DNA of 64,000 nucleotides, taken from the NCBI GenBank assembly GCA_036785375.1, contig JAWMAR010000551.1, positions 372,001 through 436,000 on the forward strand, read 5' to 3'. A program made the translations under genes and the position numbers. The notes under the pieces were generated by a model. That model did not search any database, was not told the origin of the DNA, and saw nothing but the letters and a program-made list of their open reading frames with translations. Shown in pieces: positions 41,240 through 51,889 of this stretch (its first letter is position 1; each line of letters begins with the position of its first letter). Source of the DNA: Leucoraja ocellata. Taxonomy: Eukaryota.

Positions 41240-41341
41240 ATGAATCTGAGGACCATCATCACAGTGGAACCCGTGATGTTTCTGTACCTGATGGCGACCT
41301 TTCTCAACACATTCGCTATGCAGCAGTTAGTGTTGGTTAAG
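41240..41341 (+). CDS. First coding exon of an SLC46-family (proton-coupled folate transporter-like) MFS transporter
   Basis: MNLRTIITVEPVMFLYLMATFLNTFAMQQLVLVK contains the VEP.xFL...Q transmembrane-1 signature of SLC46 proteins. It has an ATG at 41240, a strong donor AAG|GTGAGT at 41341/41342 (phase 0), and CpG-rich non-repeat context. It is too short for the ORF track, and the paralogue cannot be assigned. Confidence 0.8.
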
Positions 41342-42086
41342 GTGAGTCAGAAGCTGCCGCTCTTTTGGTCCGTGTGCTGGAGTTAGGTCAGTCTTATTCT
41401 TCGTTGGAAATATTTGCCAGTTTAACTAACACATTATTCCTCCAGTGACAGCCATCTGCAAACCGAGAATCATAACTACTTCCCCTAAAGTCCCCCGGTT
41501 ATTAGATGGTTAGGCGTGGCTTGTAACTACGTAGGTTTCAATATTCTTCCTCGCAGTACGTGACAGGTTTTTTTTTAAAGTGGAGTCAAATTTGTAGAAT
41601 AGGAGCAAGTTTGCAACAGTTCCACAAATGGTAGTTTTAACCAGCAAAATCTGTTCTTTTGCCTGAATATTTCTGAGGAATAAGCACTGAGCAAAAATCA
41701 AATTGCTGGAGGAACTCAGCGGGTCAGGCAGCATCTGCTGAGGCCGAATGATGGTTAACGTTTCCAGTCGAGATCCTGCAAGAAGAATAAGCATGCGCAG
41801 GACTCTGTGAATAACTACACAGAAGGAACTGCAGATGCTGGAATCTTGAGTGAAACACAAAGTACTGGAGTGACTCAGCAGGATAATAATAATAACAATG
41901 GATGGGATTTATATAGCGCCTTTCTAGATACTCAAGGCGCTTTACATCGCAGGCAGCATATATAGAGGGATAGGGGACTGTTTTCAGAATCAGTCTGAAG
42001 AAAAGTAACCAACTAGAAAGGTTGCCAGTCCATTTATCTCCACAAATGCTGACTGACCCGCTGAGTTACTCCAGCGATTTCTGTTT

Positions 42087-43397
42087 CAGAGCTGCCAACT
42101 CTCACGCATTGAGCATGAGAATCACGCATTTTGCCCAATTCTCACGCTGATCACAAAATTTGCACACTCTGTTGTGAGAAATTCTGTGATCAACGAGAAT
42201 TTCAAAACTAATGTCCACTGCTTGTGTACGTGTCTGTTGACAAGAGAGCAGCATTCTTATTCTCTGTTATTCTAACTTGATCGAACTGTCACACACCTCC
42301 AAAGCATGTCCCCATGCAAATTTACATTGAAAGACACAGACCGGGCAGTGAATGAGTGTCACCCAGTGCAGCAAGTGAGGCCATGTCCTGCTCCCGGCAG
42401 CAATCAGAATTTAAGGATTTTCGGAGAAGTGGAGTCAAATTTGTAAAATAGGAGCAAGTTTGCAACAGTTCCAGAAATGGTAGTTTTTACCAGCAAAATC
42501 TGTTCTTTTGCCTGAATATTTCTGAGGAATAAGCACTGAGCAAAAATCAAATTGCTGGAGGAATTCAGCAGGTCAGGCAGCATCTGCGGAGGCAGAATGA
42601 TGGTTAACGTTTCCAGTCGAGATCCTGCAAGAAGAATAAGCATGCGCAGGACTCTGGGAATAACTACATGTGAAGTGCCCCATGAAAGATTACCGCATTA
42701 GATAAGCACCTGACTTAACATAATAGGTTAAGTCCAGGGAGTCAGATATGGGGCTTTATGTGTGGGCCAGATATATTGTCAATGCAGAGGGTTTAGGAGC
42801 AAGACCAAGTGTGCATCCAGAGTCAAGGTCTGGAAAAGTACAAGGTATGCTGTCAAAGCTGGGACAATGGGAGTGTTCAGCACTGGGAACCTAAGCAGGT
42901 AAGCAACTATGATCAGAGTAGAATAGGGGGCCAGGTGTAAGGCTGGAATCAGGGTTAGGAATGAGAGAAGGTATGCAACTGGAGTCGGGGTCAGGAGTAG
43001 TACCAGGTGTGCAGTGAGACCCAGGTTAGTCAACATGGGCCAAGTGCTTGATTACAATCTGATTTCCATACATGAATACACTCAGATCATTCATGTGCTG
43101 CACCTGTTGATCAGAGCCTGGATCTACTGTGGAATGTAATTAGGAATGTAATTTAGCCTAACCTTATTCATAGCTAATCCAATTTAAAGCACAAATATTA
43201 CATTCAAGTGTGAGTTAAAAGACTCTACCGTATGCACCAGATTGCACAATTTCAAGCTGAAAAATGCAAAAGCTTCGCAACATGGGAGGGCGGACACCCG
43301 CATCTCACCCCCCTCCCCCCTCTCAGTCGCTACGCTCCCTCTCGCTTGGTCTCTCGCAATTTCTCACTCCCAACTCTCACCAATGTAGGCAGCCCTG
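42087..43397. mobile_element. Non-autonomous hAT-like DNA transposon with 6-bp flanking duplication
   Basis: Termini CAGAGCTGCCAAC / GTAGGCAGCCCTG; CTGTTT at 42081-42086 and 43398-43403; subterminal CTCACGC-like repeats. Confidence 0.7.
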
Positions 43398-43794
43398 CTG
43401 TTTTGTTCTGGGAATAACTATCTGTTGTATTCTCATGTTTAGAAACTATATGGTTGTGATATTCAAATAAGTATATGACGTAATGACATCATGAGATCAA
43501 GAGCGGGAGTAGAACAGAGGCCATTTTTAGTTGGAAATTATTAAACGAGAACTACCACATAAAATGCTGTTCTCTGTTCATGATTTTATACACGGATTTC
43601 AAAACACCAAAAGATAACGGTGGCAGGTGTTATGATTCTTATGATGACCCATAAGTGCTGAACATGCTTTCACCAGTTACTGAGGACTCAAAGTTTCAAT
43701 ATTAGATTGACTGTTTTGTTGCTAGATGCCTGTGAAAACAAGTGAACAAACATACTATAGACTTAAACGTGTATAAAGAACAGATTCAATTTTT

Positions 43795-43903
43795 TTTATA
43801 TATATATATATATATATACACAAAGAACAGATTCAATTATATATATCTATCTATATCTATTATATATATCTATCTATATAGATATAGATATAGATATAGA
43901 TAT

Positions 43904-43948
<45 letters not shown>

Positions 43949-43960
43949 TAAATATAAATA
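43795..43960. repeat. (AT)n/(ATAGAT)n microsatellite framed by inverted repeats
   Basis: Seen directly; AAAGAACAGATTCAATT on the left and AATTGAATCTGTTCTTT on the right. Confidence 0.9.
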
Positions 43961-44107
43961 AAATTGAATCTGTTCTTTGCTGGTTACGTACATTTGGAAC
44001 GGCAAAGCTGTGCGCATCGTAACAGACATGGCTGCAATAAACACGCCCATTCTAGAGCGCTAATAGACTGGGAAGCAGCTAATATAATGAGTGCTATCAC
44101 CAGATTC

Positions 44108-44650
44108 TCGGGTGCCGCTGCACGATGGCAACCTCACCAACAGGAAGTTTCATCGTTTTCTTCTTTTGTTGTTTTTAGTTTGCTGTTAATGTATGTTTTA
44201 TTGTATCTTTAGTTTTGTATTATGTGAGGGGTGGGGGAAACTTTTAAAATCTCTTTCCTCGACGGAGATGCGACTTTTTCCGTATCATATCTCCGTCCGC
44301 ACGGCGGCCTAACATCCTGGAGCTGGTGGTCCCTTTGTCAGGGATCGACTTCGGGAGCTCCAACCGCCTGAGCTTTGACCTCCCCGATCGCGGGACCTTC
44401 GATCTCCCCGATGCAGGAGCATAGATTGCCGGCTGCGGGAGCATCGATTGCCCCAACTGCGGATGGTTTGACTGCCCGACCACGGCAGAAAAGGAGGGAA
44501 GAAGATAATACTTTATGTTTATGTTAATTTTTATGTAGTTGTGTGGCTTGATGCTTATTTGATATGACTGTATAGCAAATCAAATTCCTTGTATGCTCTT
44601 ACATACTTGGCTAATACATTCTTTGTATATTGTATCATGTATCTTGTATT
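44108..44650 (+). mobile_element. GC-rich non-coding retroposon-like element, copy 2
   Basis: GGGGGAAAC, hairpin at 44261-44297, GCGGCCTAACA and ~22-bp GGGAGC..CGA..GCCCC repeats. The tail is AAATTCCTTGTATG...CATACTTGGCTAATA plus (TTGTA)n. Confidence 0.6.
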
Positions 44651-45452
44651 TAGACAAAAACATGGCCTGATGTTCAACAGTGTATTAAAGAATGACAGTG
44701 AGAGAGAAAGCTAGCTACCTGCTTCTCTGGACAGGACAGAATGGACTAGAGTTGCACAACTGTTGGACATTTCAGCAAGAGTAGTATAGAGCGAAGGCAA
44801 AAGTTCTCTTAGCTAAGTTTGGAAAATACCTTGAATCGAAGATCCACCATCGCATACATCGCTACACTTTTCGAGGGCTAACTCAAGCTAATGATGAATT
44901 TGTGGATGACTACCTACCAAACTTGAATAATGTGCATGGAAATGTAATTTCAGAGATACACAACAGGTGAATGACAAGTTGCTGGACCAATTCATATGGG
45001 GCACAATCCACAAAGATGTCTAGAAGTTTCTCATCAGTAGGGATGAGCAATTGACCCTCCAGATACCATTGACATAGCACAAGAGCATGAAGCTACAAAT
45101 AGGCAAAATGTCTCTAAAGACTCTTACAGACAGGAAAGTAGATGCAGTGAAGGCCTATATACAGTACAGAGCGAAATATTCAAGATCTGAGAAGATGTCT
45201 CAAACACCAACCAAAACTAAATAGCAAATGTGCAGGAATTGCGGCAGATCACATGGGCTCAGTGATAAAACCAATGAGGGTTCAGTGATAAAACCAACTG
45301 CCCAGCCTTTGGAATTCTTTGTAGGAAGTTCTGAAAGTAGAACCAATGGCAGTCAGTCTGCGGAGTGGACACAAACCACAGCAAACCAAAAGAAAAGGAA
45401 TAGAATGTGCACTCACAAGCACAACATGATGAGCTGTTCCTCGTGCTCAATG

Positions 45453-46051
45453 TTATAACCATATAACAATTACAGCACAGAAACAGGCCATCTCGACCCT
45501 TCTAGTCCGTGCCGAACACGTATTCTCCTCTAGTCCCATACACCTGCGTTCAGACCATAACCCTTTCCCGTCCATATAACTATCCAATTTATTTTTAAAT
45601 GGTAAAAACGAACCTGCCTCCACCACCTTCACTAGAAGCTCATTCCACACAGCCACCACTCTCTGAGTAAAGAAGTTCCCCCCTCATGTTACCCCTAAAC
45701 TTCTGTCCCTTAATTCTCAAGTCATGTCCCCTTGTTTGAATCTTCCCTACTCTCAGTGGGAAAAGCTTATCCACGTCAACTCTGTCTATCCCTCTCATCA
45801 TTTTAAAGACCTCTATCAAGTCCCCCCTTAACCTTCTGCACCCCAAAGAATAAAGCCCTAACTTGTTCAACCTTTCTCTGTAACTTAGTTGCTGAAACCC
45901 AGGCAACATTCTAGTAAATCTCCTCTGTACTCTCTCTATTTTGTTGACATCCTTCCTATAATTAGGCGACCAAAATTGTACACCATACTCCAAAATTGGC
46001 CTCACCAATGCCTTGTACAATTTTAACATTACATCCCAACTTCTATACTCA
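45453..46051 (-). mobile_element. CR1-like LINE 3' portion inserted in the Gypsy element
   Basis: ORF 45640..46065 reads IEYRSWDVMLKLYKALVRPILEYGVQFWSP...; ATATGGTT tail. Confidence 0.9.
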
Positions 46052-46299
46052 ATTGTTGGGGCCATTCAAATTCATAACTTGGATGATAAGTATCATTATG
46101 AAGCGATCTTCACAAATGTCAAAAATGGCCCTTGTGGCTAAAGGGATCAGGGGGTATGGAGAGAAGGCAGGTACAGGATACTGAGTTGGATGATCAGCCA
46201 TGATCATATTGAATGGCGGTGCAGGCTCGAAGGGCCGAATGGCCTACTCCTGCACCTATTTTCGATGTTTCTATGTCTGCATTCAGAAGAACAACACAA

Positions 46300-46655
46300 G
46301 GATTTAAACACCAAGTAATCCTTGCTTTCCCTCTTTCTCCATCCCTCCCTCTTCCCAGTTATGCGACCAGTCTGACGGTCCCCCTGATAACATTGTATCT
46401 CTGTTTGTTTGTTGTCATCTTCCCCGAGCTAACAATGATCTATTATACATCTTCCTTGATCTTTATCGCTTTTGATCTCTTACACTTCCCTAATCTCTGC
46501 AACTCCCTCTTCCTGATGCTCAGACTGAAGAAGGGTCTCGACCAGAAACGTCACCCATTCCTTCTATCCAGAGATGCTGCCTCTCCCGCTGAGTTACTCC
46601 AGCTTATTGTGTCTGTCTTCGGTGTAAAACAGCATCTGCCGTTGCTTCCAACACA
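46300..46655 (+). mobile_element. PLE terminal repeat with hammerhead-like motif
   Basis: CTGAAGAAGGGTCTCGACCAGAAACGTC at 46525. Confidence 0.7.
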
Positions 46656-47501
46656 AAGATTAACCTGAGATGCAAGTTTGTCACCAGTGCACAGAGCAAC
46701 ATCTTGCCTCGCCACATCTTCAGACAGATGAATCCTGACAAAGTGGACAAGAGAAGGATGCCAAGTCCAGATGTTCTACAGCAGAACAAAACAATCCTAA
46801 CTGGTTCTGGAGGCAGAAAAATAAGGCGGCTAGCAATGATTTTGATCACTTACACACATGGCAAGCTAACTGTACCTTCTTTGTGACTGATGCTGATTTA
46901 TTTGGTGAACACCTTGGGTCCAGCTAATCAAGAAGCTATTTCTTCAAGAGTAAGTGTGGGATAATGGTGCCTCTTCAATGCTCTGTTTGATCAGCAATTC
47001 TGGGACTGCATGCCTATCAGGACTTAAACATCATAGAGTATCTCTACACTGTGAGATCAATGACACTTCATCATCTTCTCACCAAATTGATGAAAACTGA
47101 GCAATTTCCAATCAGATACACAGATGATCTCATGGCAATGTATCCTGATTCTTTTGATGACAACATTGGTTGCTTTGATGTCTACGATTTCCACATTACA
47201 TTAGATCCCGCAGTGAAACCAGTCGTCCATCCTGCAGAATTCTTTATTTTATACACGGACTTCAAAACAACAAAACATAACCCTATCCCCAATCTAATGA
47301 TCTGTCAGACCTAAGGGACAGTTCTAGGTTAATGGCTTTCACGAAGTAGGAGGAAAGGAGATTTATGACTCGGGCTTATGGGTTCCACTATTGAGCACTT
47401 GGTCAGCAACTCCCTAGGTCATGGTTCTTTCAGTTGTTAGAATAAATGTGATGGATGTTTCACCTTTGGCTTCCTTTTCAGGCAGAGTTCCAGATCCCTG
47501 C

Positions 47502-49316
47502 TGTGATGTATTTGTAATGTACCATCATTGAATGTATTAGAATGGAATTTGTGATGTATATGTAATGTAATATCAAATGTAAATGCCAGTGCCCCTTGAG
47601 GCCAAAACCAGAAGCTGGTAAATGTACCTGTGCCTCGTGACTGAGGTCAAGTGACCTTCTGGAAGTTTTCTTTTTCTTTTTCTGCTCCTTTCCCATCTCC
47701 TTTGCAGTTTCCCGACTGTCACTTTTTTTTTCCGGTGGCCGTTATGGTCGCGCGGTCGCTGGCTCCAATCTTTGGGCTTGGGTGGTGGTCCGGGGCAGCA
47801 CGGTGGCAGCCGAACTCACCCAGCAGGTCTAAAAGCCCCCTACAGCGGGGCACAGTCTCGACGAGCCGAGCAGCGGGACCAGCAGCAGAGACGAGCCGTG
47901 GAACCAACAACGAGCCGAGCAGCAGGACACAGTCTCGACAGGCGGAACAGCGGGGCCTAGCAGCAGCCAGGCGGGCTGTGGAGACAGCAACATGCGCTGC
48001 ACCAGGAGACGGAGAGAAGGTAGCCTTCCGTGATGACCCGAGGCTTCTCCCAGAGGGAGTAATGGCCGCCGCCATGTTCGGTTCAAGCAGTTGTTTTAAA
48101 CTATATCACGAATCGAACCATAACTTGTTGTCCTAATTGATCGGTTGGTAGTGTAATACACGTTGTAATAAAACAAAACTACATTTGAACCCTGGTTTGC
48201 CAGCACCCAGTGCTACTTTTTGGTCTGTAATATATATTCTGAATTTCATAGCGAAGAAACGCTGCAATTTATTTTTCCCCTTGTGCTGTACACTTTGATG
48301 ACTTTTTTTACAAGCATCCTTATCCAGAAGAATAAGTAAAGCATGTAGTGTTGAATGTGCATGTTTTCATACAGTTGAGGGCATAATATTAATGCAGAAT
48401 TGTATTTTCTTACCTTGGAGAAGTCAGTGAAGTTAACTAGGGCTGCGGAAAATGAAATGCCAGTGAATGTACAGACTTTTACTCTCATATCTGGGGTGAC
48501 TATATTCCTAGTCAATATTTCATCTGTACAAAAGATTGCTGCAGTTTTTTTTTCTCTCAGCAAAGCCAAACTTAGTTTTGTGTCTGTTTTTTGTAATTCA
48601 ACAGTTTCAATAAATTCTTTTTTATATACAAAAGAAATTGAAAGAACAAAAATAGTTTGTATTGGCTGTTTAGTATTGACTATGTTTTTTTGTTTGAAGG
48701 GGGAGTCCGCCTCCTAGATGGAGCAAGTCTACGAGACCAGGCAGAGAGTTAGTCCAGGATAGAGCCCTGTAGCCCAGGATAGAGCCCTATAGCCGTGGAT
48801 AGACCCCTGAGTAGCTGTGGATAGGCCACCTGTAGCTAGTCTCCCAGAGGTGAGAAACCTGGACAGAGGAGCCAGTCTCCCAGAAGCCAGAAAGAGTCTC
48901 CCAGAAGGGGCAAGTCCCCAGAAGACATGATGCGGAGAGATGCAGCAAGAGGCAGGAGCCAGTCTCCCAGTCACAGCAAAAGGCAACAAGACAGGCCCTT
49001 GTTAAGAGTTTCTAGAGTTTGAGGTTAAAGTGAAAAAACGGCAGCACTCTTAATTGAGTCTAGTGTAACTCCTTATGTGGATATTAGGGGGAGATGTGAT
49101 GTAATTAAAGTTAGGGGGAGATGTGATGTAATTAAAGTGAAGGGGGAGATGTGATGTATTTGTAATGTCCTATCATTGAATATATTAGAATGGAATTTGT
49201 GATGTATATGTAATGTAATATCTGATGTAAATGCCAGTGCCCCTTGAGGCCAAAAGCAGAAGCTGGTAAATGTACCTGTGCCTCGTGACTGAGGTTAAGT
49301 GACCTTCTGGAAGTTT
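47502..49316 (+). mobile_element. Non-autonomous or deleted LTR element
   Basis: 167-bp direct repeats starting TGTGATGTA (47502-47668 and 49150-49316). A polypurine tract AGGGGGAGA lies immediately before the second copy; the 3' LTR appears truncated and no TSD was found. Confidence 0.7.
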
Positions 49317-50208
49317 AAACTTATCTTACACGATGACGGACATGAATTCTCTGTGCTAGTCACAATAGGCCTTACAGAAAACATTACACCTGCCACCTTC
49401 TGGAAGAAACATAATGTCTTCATCACTGATCTACTCTTTTCATTAACTACTTCAAATCTACACTACAAATAATGGTGGACAAGCTCAACTGGTCAGGCAG
49501 CATGTACAGAGAAAGAAACAGAGACATTTCAGGTTGAAGATAGACACAAAAAGCTGTAGCAACTCAGTGGGACAGGCAGCATCTCTGGAGAGAAGGAATG
49601 GGTGGCATTTTCGGGTCGAGACCCTTCTTCAGCCTGTCCCGCTGCTTCTCCCACTGAGTTACTCCAGCTTTTTGTGTCTATCTTCAGTTTAAACCAGCAT
49701 CTGCAGATCCTACTTATACACTTTGAACATTGCAGGTTGATGGCATTTTGTCAGCACTGAGAAAATGCTATTTCTGCCTCATTCCACTTTTTTTTCAAGC
49801 ATTTTCTTTTGGGCTGTTGATTCTTTTTCAAATTAGTGCCTGCTTATTTTAAGCTCTTCTTCAGAGGTAAGTAGACCATTCATAATGCCACTAAGTCTCC
49901 CCTTAGCCTTTCCAACAATTACAGCCCTAGTTTAGCTACAATTTTCCAATCCCATCAAAAATCTTCATAAATCTCCTCAGCTCCAGTGTTGCAGTCGTAC
50001 ATTTATACAACACAGAAGGAAGCCCTTTTTCCAGGTTAGCTAAGGTGCCAACCTATGTTAGTCCCAGTTGCCTGCGTTTGACTTGCATCCCTTTAAACCT
50101 TTCCTATCCATGTCTTCAAAGTGCAGACACATTGTTCCGGTATAGTGGGGGCTGTACTCAATCTATGGCCTAGCTAGCAACAGAGTAAAACCTGCCTACT
50201 CTTATATA

Positions 50209-50677
50209 TCTATTATATATTAAAACTGTGTGGCTGCCGCCTGGCGTCCGGCTGCCTTTCTGCCTTTTGATTCGTTCCATCGTGTGATGTCACAATGCCC
50301 AATACTCGCAGGTGTCCAATCGGAATGGATCCATTTACATGGACGGCTGCTCCTTCCTATCAGCTTCCAACACACTTCAAAACAAAGTTGCAAGACAGGA
50401 ACACTCTGAACTTTTCACCTCGATGGGATATCACAGTAAGTGCTTCAACAGTAGGGGGAGGGCCAAATAGTATTGCAATTGGAACTGCTGCAGCAGGCAG
50501 GGAAGGTGAAATTGGAATTTTTTTTTAATCCACAGCTGAGGGAGGCAGGGGAGTGCTGAAATCTTACATTTGGAAACGGGTTCAGTTCCGTTGGAGGAGA
50601 CGGGTGCATGGTGGAATATTGGGTTGGGGGATCACAACATTGGGGGAGCAGACCCAACTGGTCTGCACTTGGTCTAG
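50209..50677 (+). mobile_element. Complete non-autonomous Helitron
   Basis: A|TC at the 5' end; subterminal hairpin GCAGACC-caact-GGTCTGC (50648-50666); CTAG|T at the 3' end; no TSD. Confidence 0.8.
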
Positions 50678-50859
50678 TTTACTATAAAACGAGAAAACAT
50701 TCTGTGTGCGTGTGTTTTTTAATCATCTTAGTGACCTTAGGATAAGAGCATGTTCGGACCTGTGAGGGTCCATCAGTCAAGCCCACTTCTGGCTAATTGC
50801 TTTGGTAACGTTTGATTAAAAATTCAAAGCCATCACAGAACATATCATCCTTCCCTGGG

Positions 50860-51400
50860 TGTAGCGTGTCGGCAGCGTGTCCGTCTTTTTTCAACTTTTA
50901 AATTTTTTTTAGTATGTTTAAAAGTCTGTTTTTAATGTTTCTTTCTGTATTTTGTGTGGGGGGGGGTGAGGGGGAAACCGTTTCGGCCGCCTCCTCCACG
51001 GAGAGGCGACTTTTTCCAGGTCGCCTCTCCCGTGGCCTAACAGCAAGGATCGGCGCGGCCTTTCCCGGAGACGCGCCCGGGGCTTCAACGTCGGGTGCAG
51101 CGTGGACTCTCGGCGTGGAGTGGGTGAGACCTCGCTGGGGCTCGCTGGAGGGGAGTGCTCCACTTCGCTGGCCCGCGGCAGCCGGCAGCCTGAAGCAGCG
51201 GTCTGCAGAACTCCAGCTGGTGCGGCGTCTACAGCCCGGGATCCCTCGTGGAGGACCCGGGGGGAAGAAGAAGCTTCCACCGCTGGCCCGCGGCCGTCTT
51301 CTACCGCGGGCGAGGTATGGACTTACCATCTACCCTGGAGGGGAGCTTCGACTGCCGGCCCTGCAGACTGCGGTGCTTCCGGCTGCGGCACGGCAGGTAC
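50860..51400 (+). mobile_element. GC-rich non-coding retroposon-like element, copy 3 (3' end cut by a CR1 fragment at ~51400-51575)
   Basis: GGGGGAAAC, 11-bp hairpin at 51000-51030, GGCCTAACA, GGCGCGGCCTTTCC. Confidence 0.6.
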
Positions 51401-51889
51401 TTTAGCCACAAGGGCCACATCTAACTCCCTCTTAAATATAGCCAATGAACTGGCCTCAACTACCTTCTATGGCAGAGAGTTCCAGAGATTCACCACTCTC
51501 TGTGTGAAAAAAGTTTTTCTCATCTCGGTCCTAAAGGATTTTCCCTCTATCCTTAAACTGTGACCCCTTGTCCTGGATGGGCCGGAGTTGGGCCGGAGTT
51601 GGGCCGATATCCATGCTGTGTGACTATGACTCTTTGAACAAAAATTCCTTCATTAATTACTGTTTGATTGTATTGAATATATTTCTATTTCCAAGGACAA
51701 CCACTAAAAGATGTCCTTTTTGTCATGTTCCGTCGCTGTTTCTATTTGCTCCATTTATTGTTTTATTGGCAGCCACGAGCTTTCTATAATGCTTTAAGGT
51801 TATGCTTTTATCTTTCTGGAATTGGGTCCAAAGGTGTGGAGACCGCCAGGTTTACAAACTCATAATCTAGCTTGTGTAATACCTTGCTT

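Larger units (their letters stand above)
43423..47282 (+). mobile_element. Internally deleted Gypsy LTR retrotransposon (5' LTR, PBS, decayed gag and protease, 3' LTR remnant)
   Basis: 5' LTR at about 43423-43618, whose end TTTTATACACGGATTTCAAAACACCAAAAGATAAC recurs at 47247-47281; PBS-like GGTGGCAG; CTATC on both flanks. Gag at 44670-45260 (KASYLLLWTG, DKLLDQFIWG, CRNCGRSH), protease at about 46670 (KFVTSAQSNILP) and pre-RT FHITLDPAVKPVVHP. Confidence 0.85.

Noticed and set aside
47719-48075. 118-aa minus ORF starting MAAA in a CpG-rich block, as a host first exon
   Set aside because: It lies between LTR direct repeats and has no recognisable protein similarity; GC richness explains the open frame.
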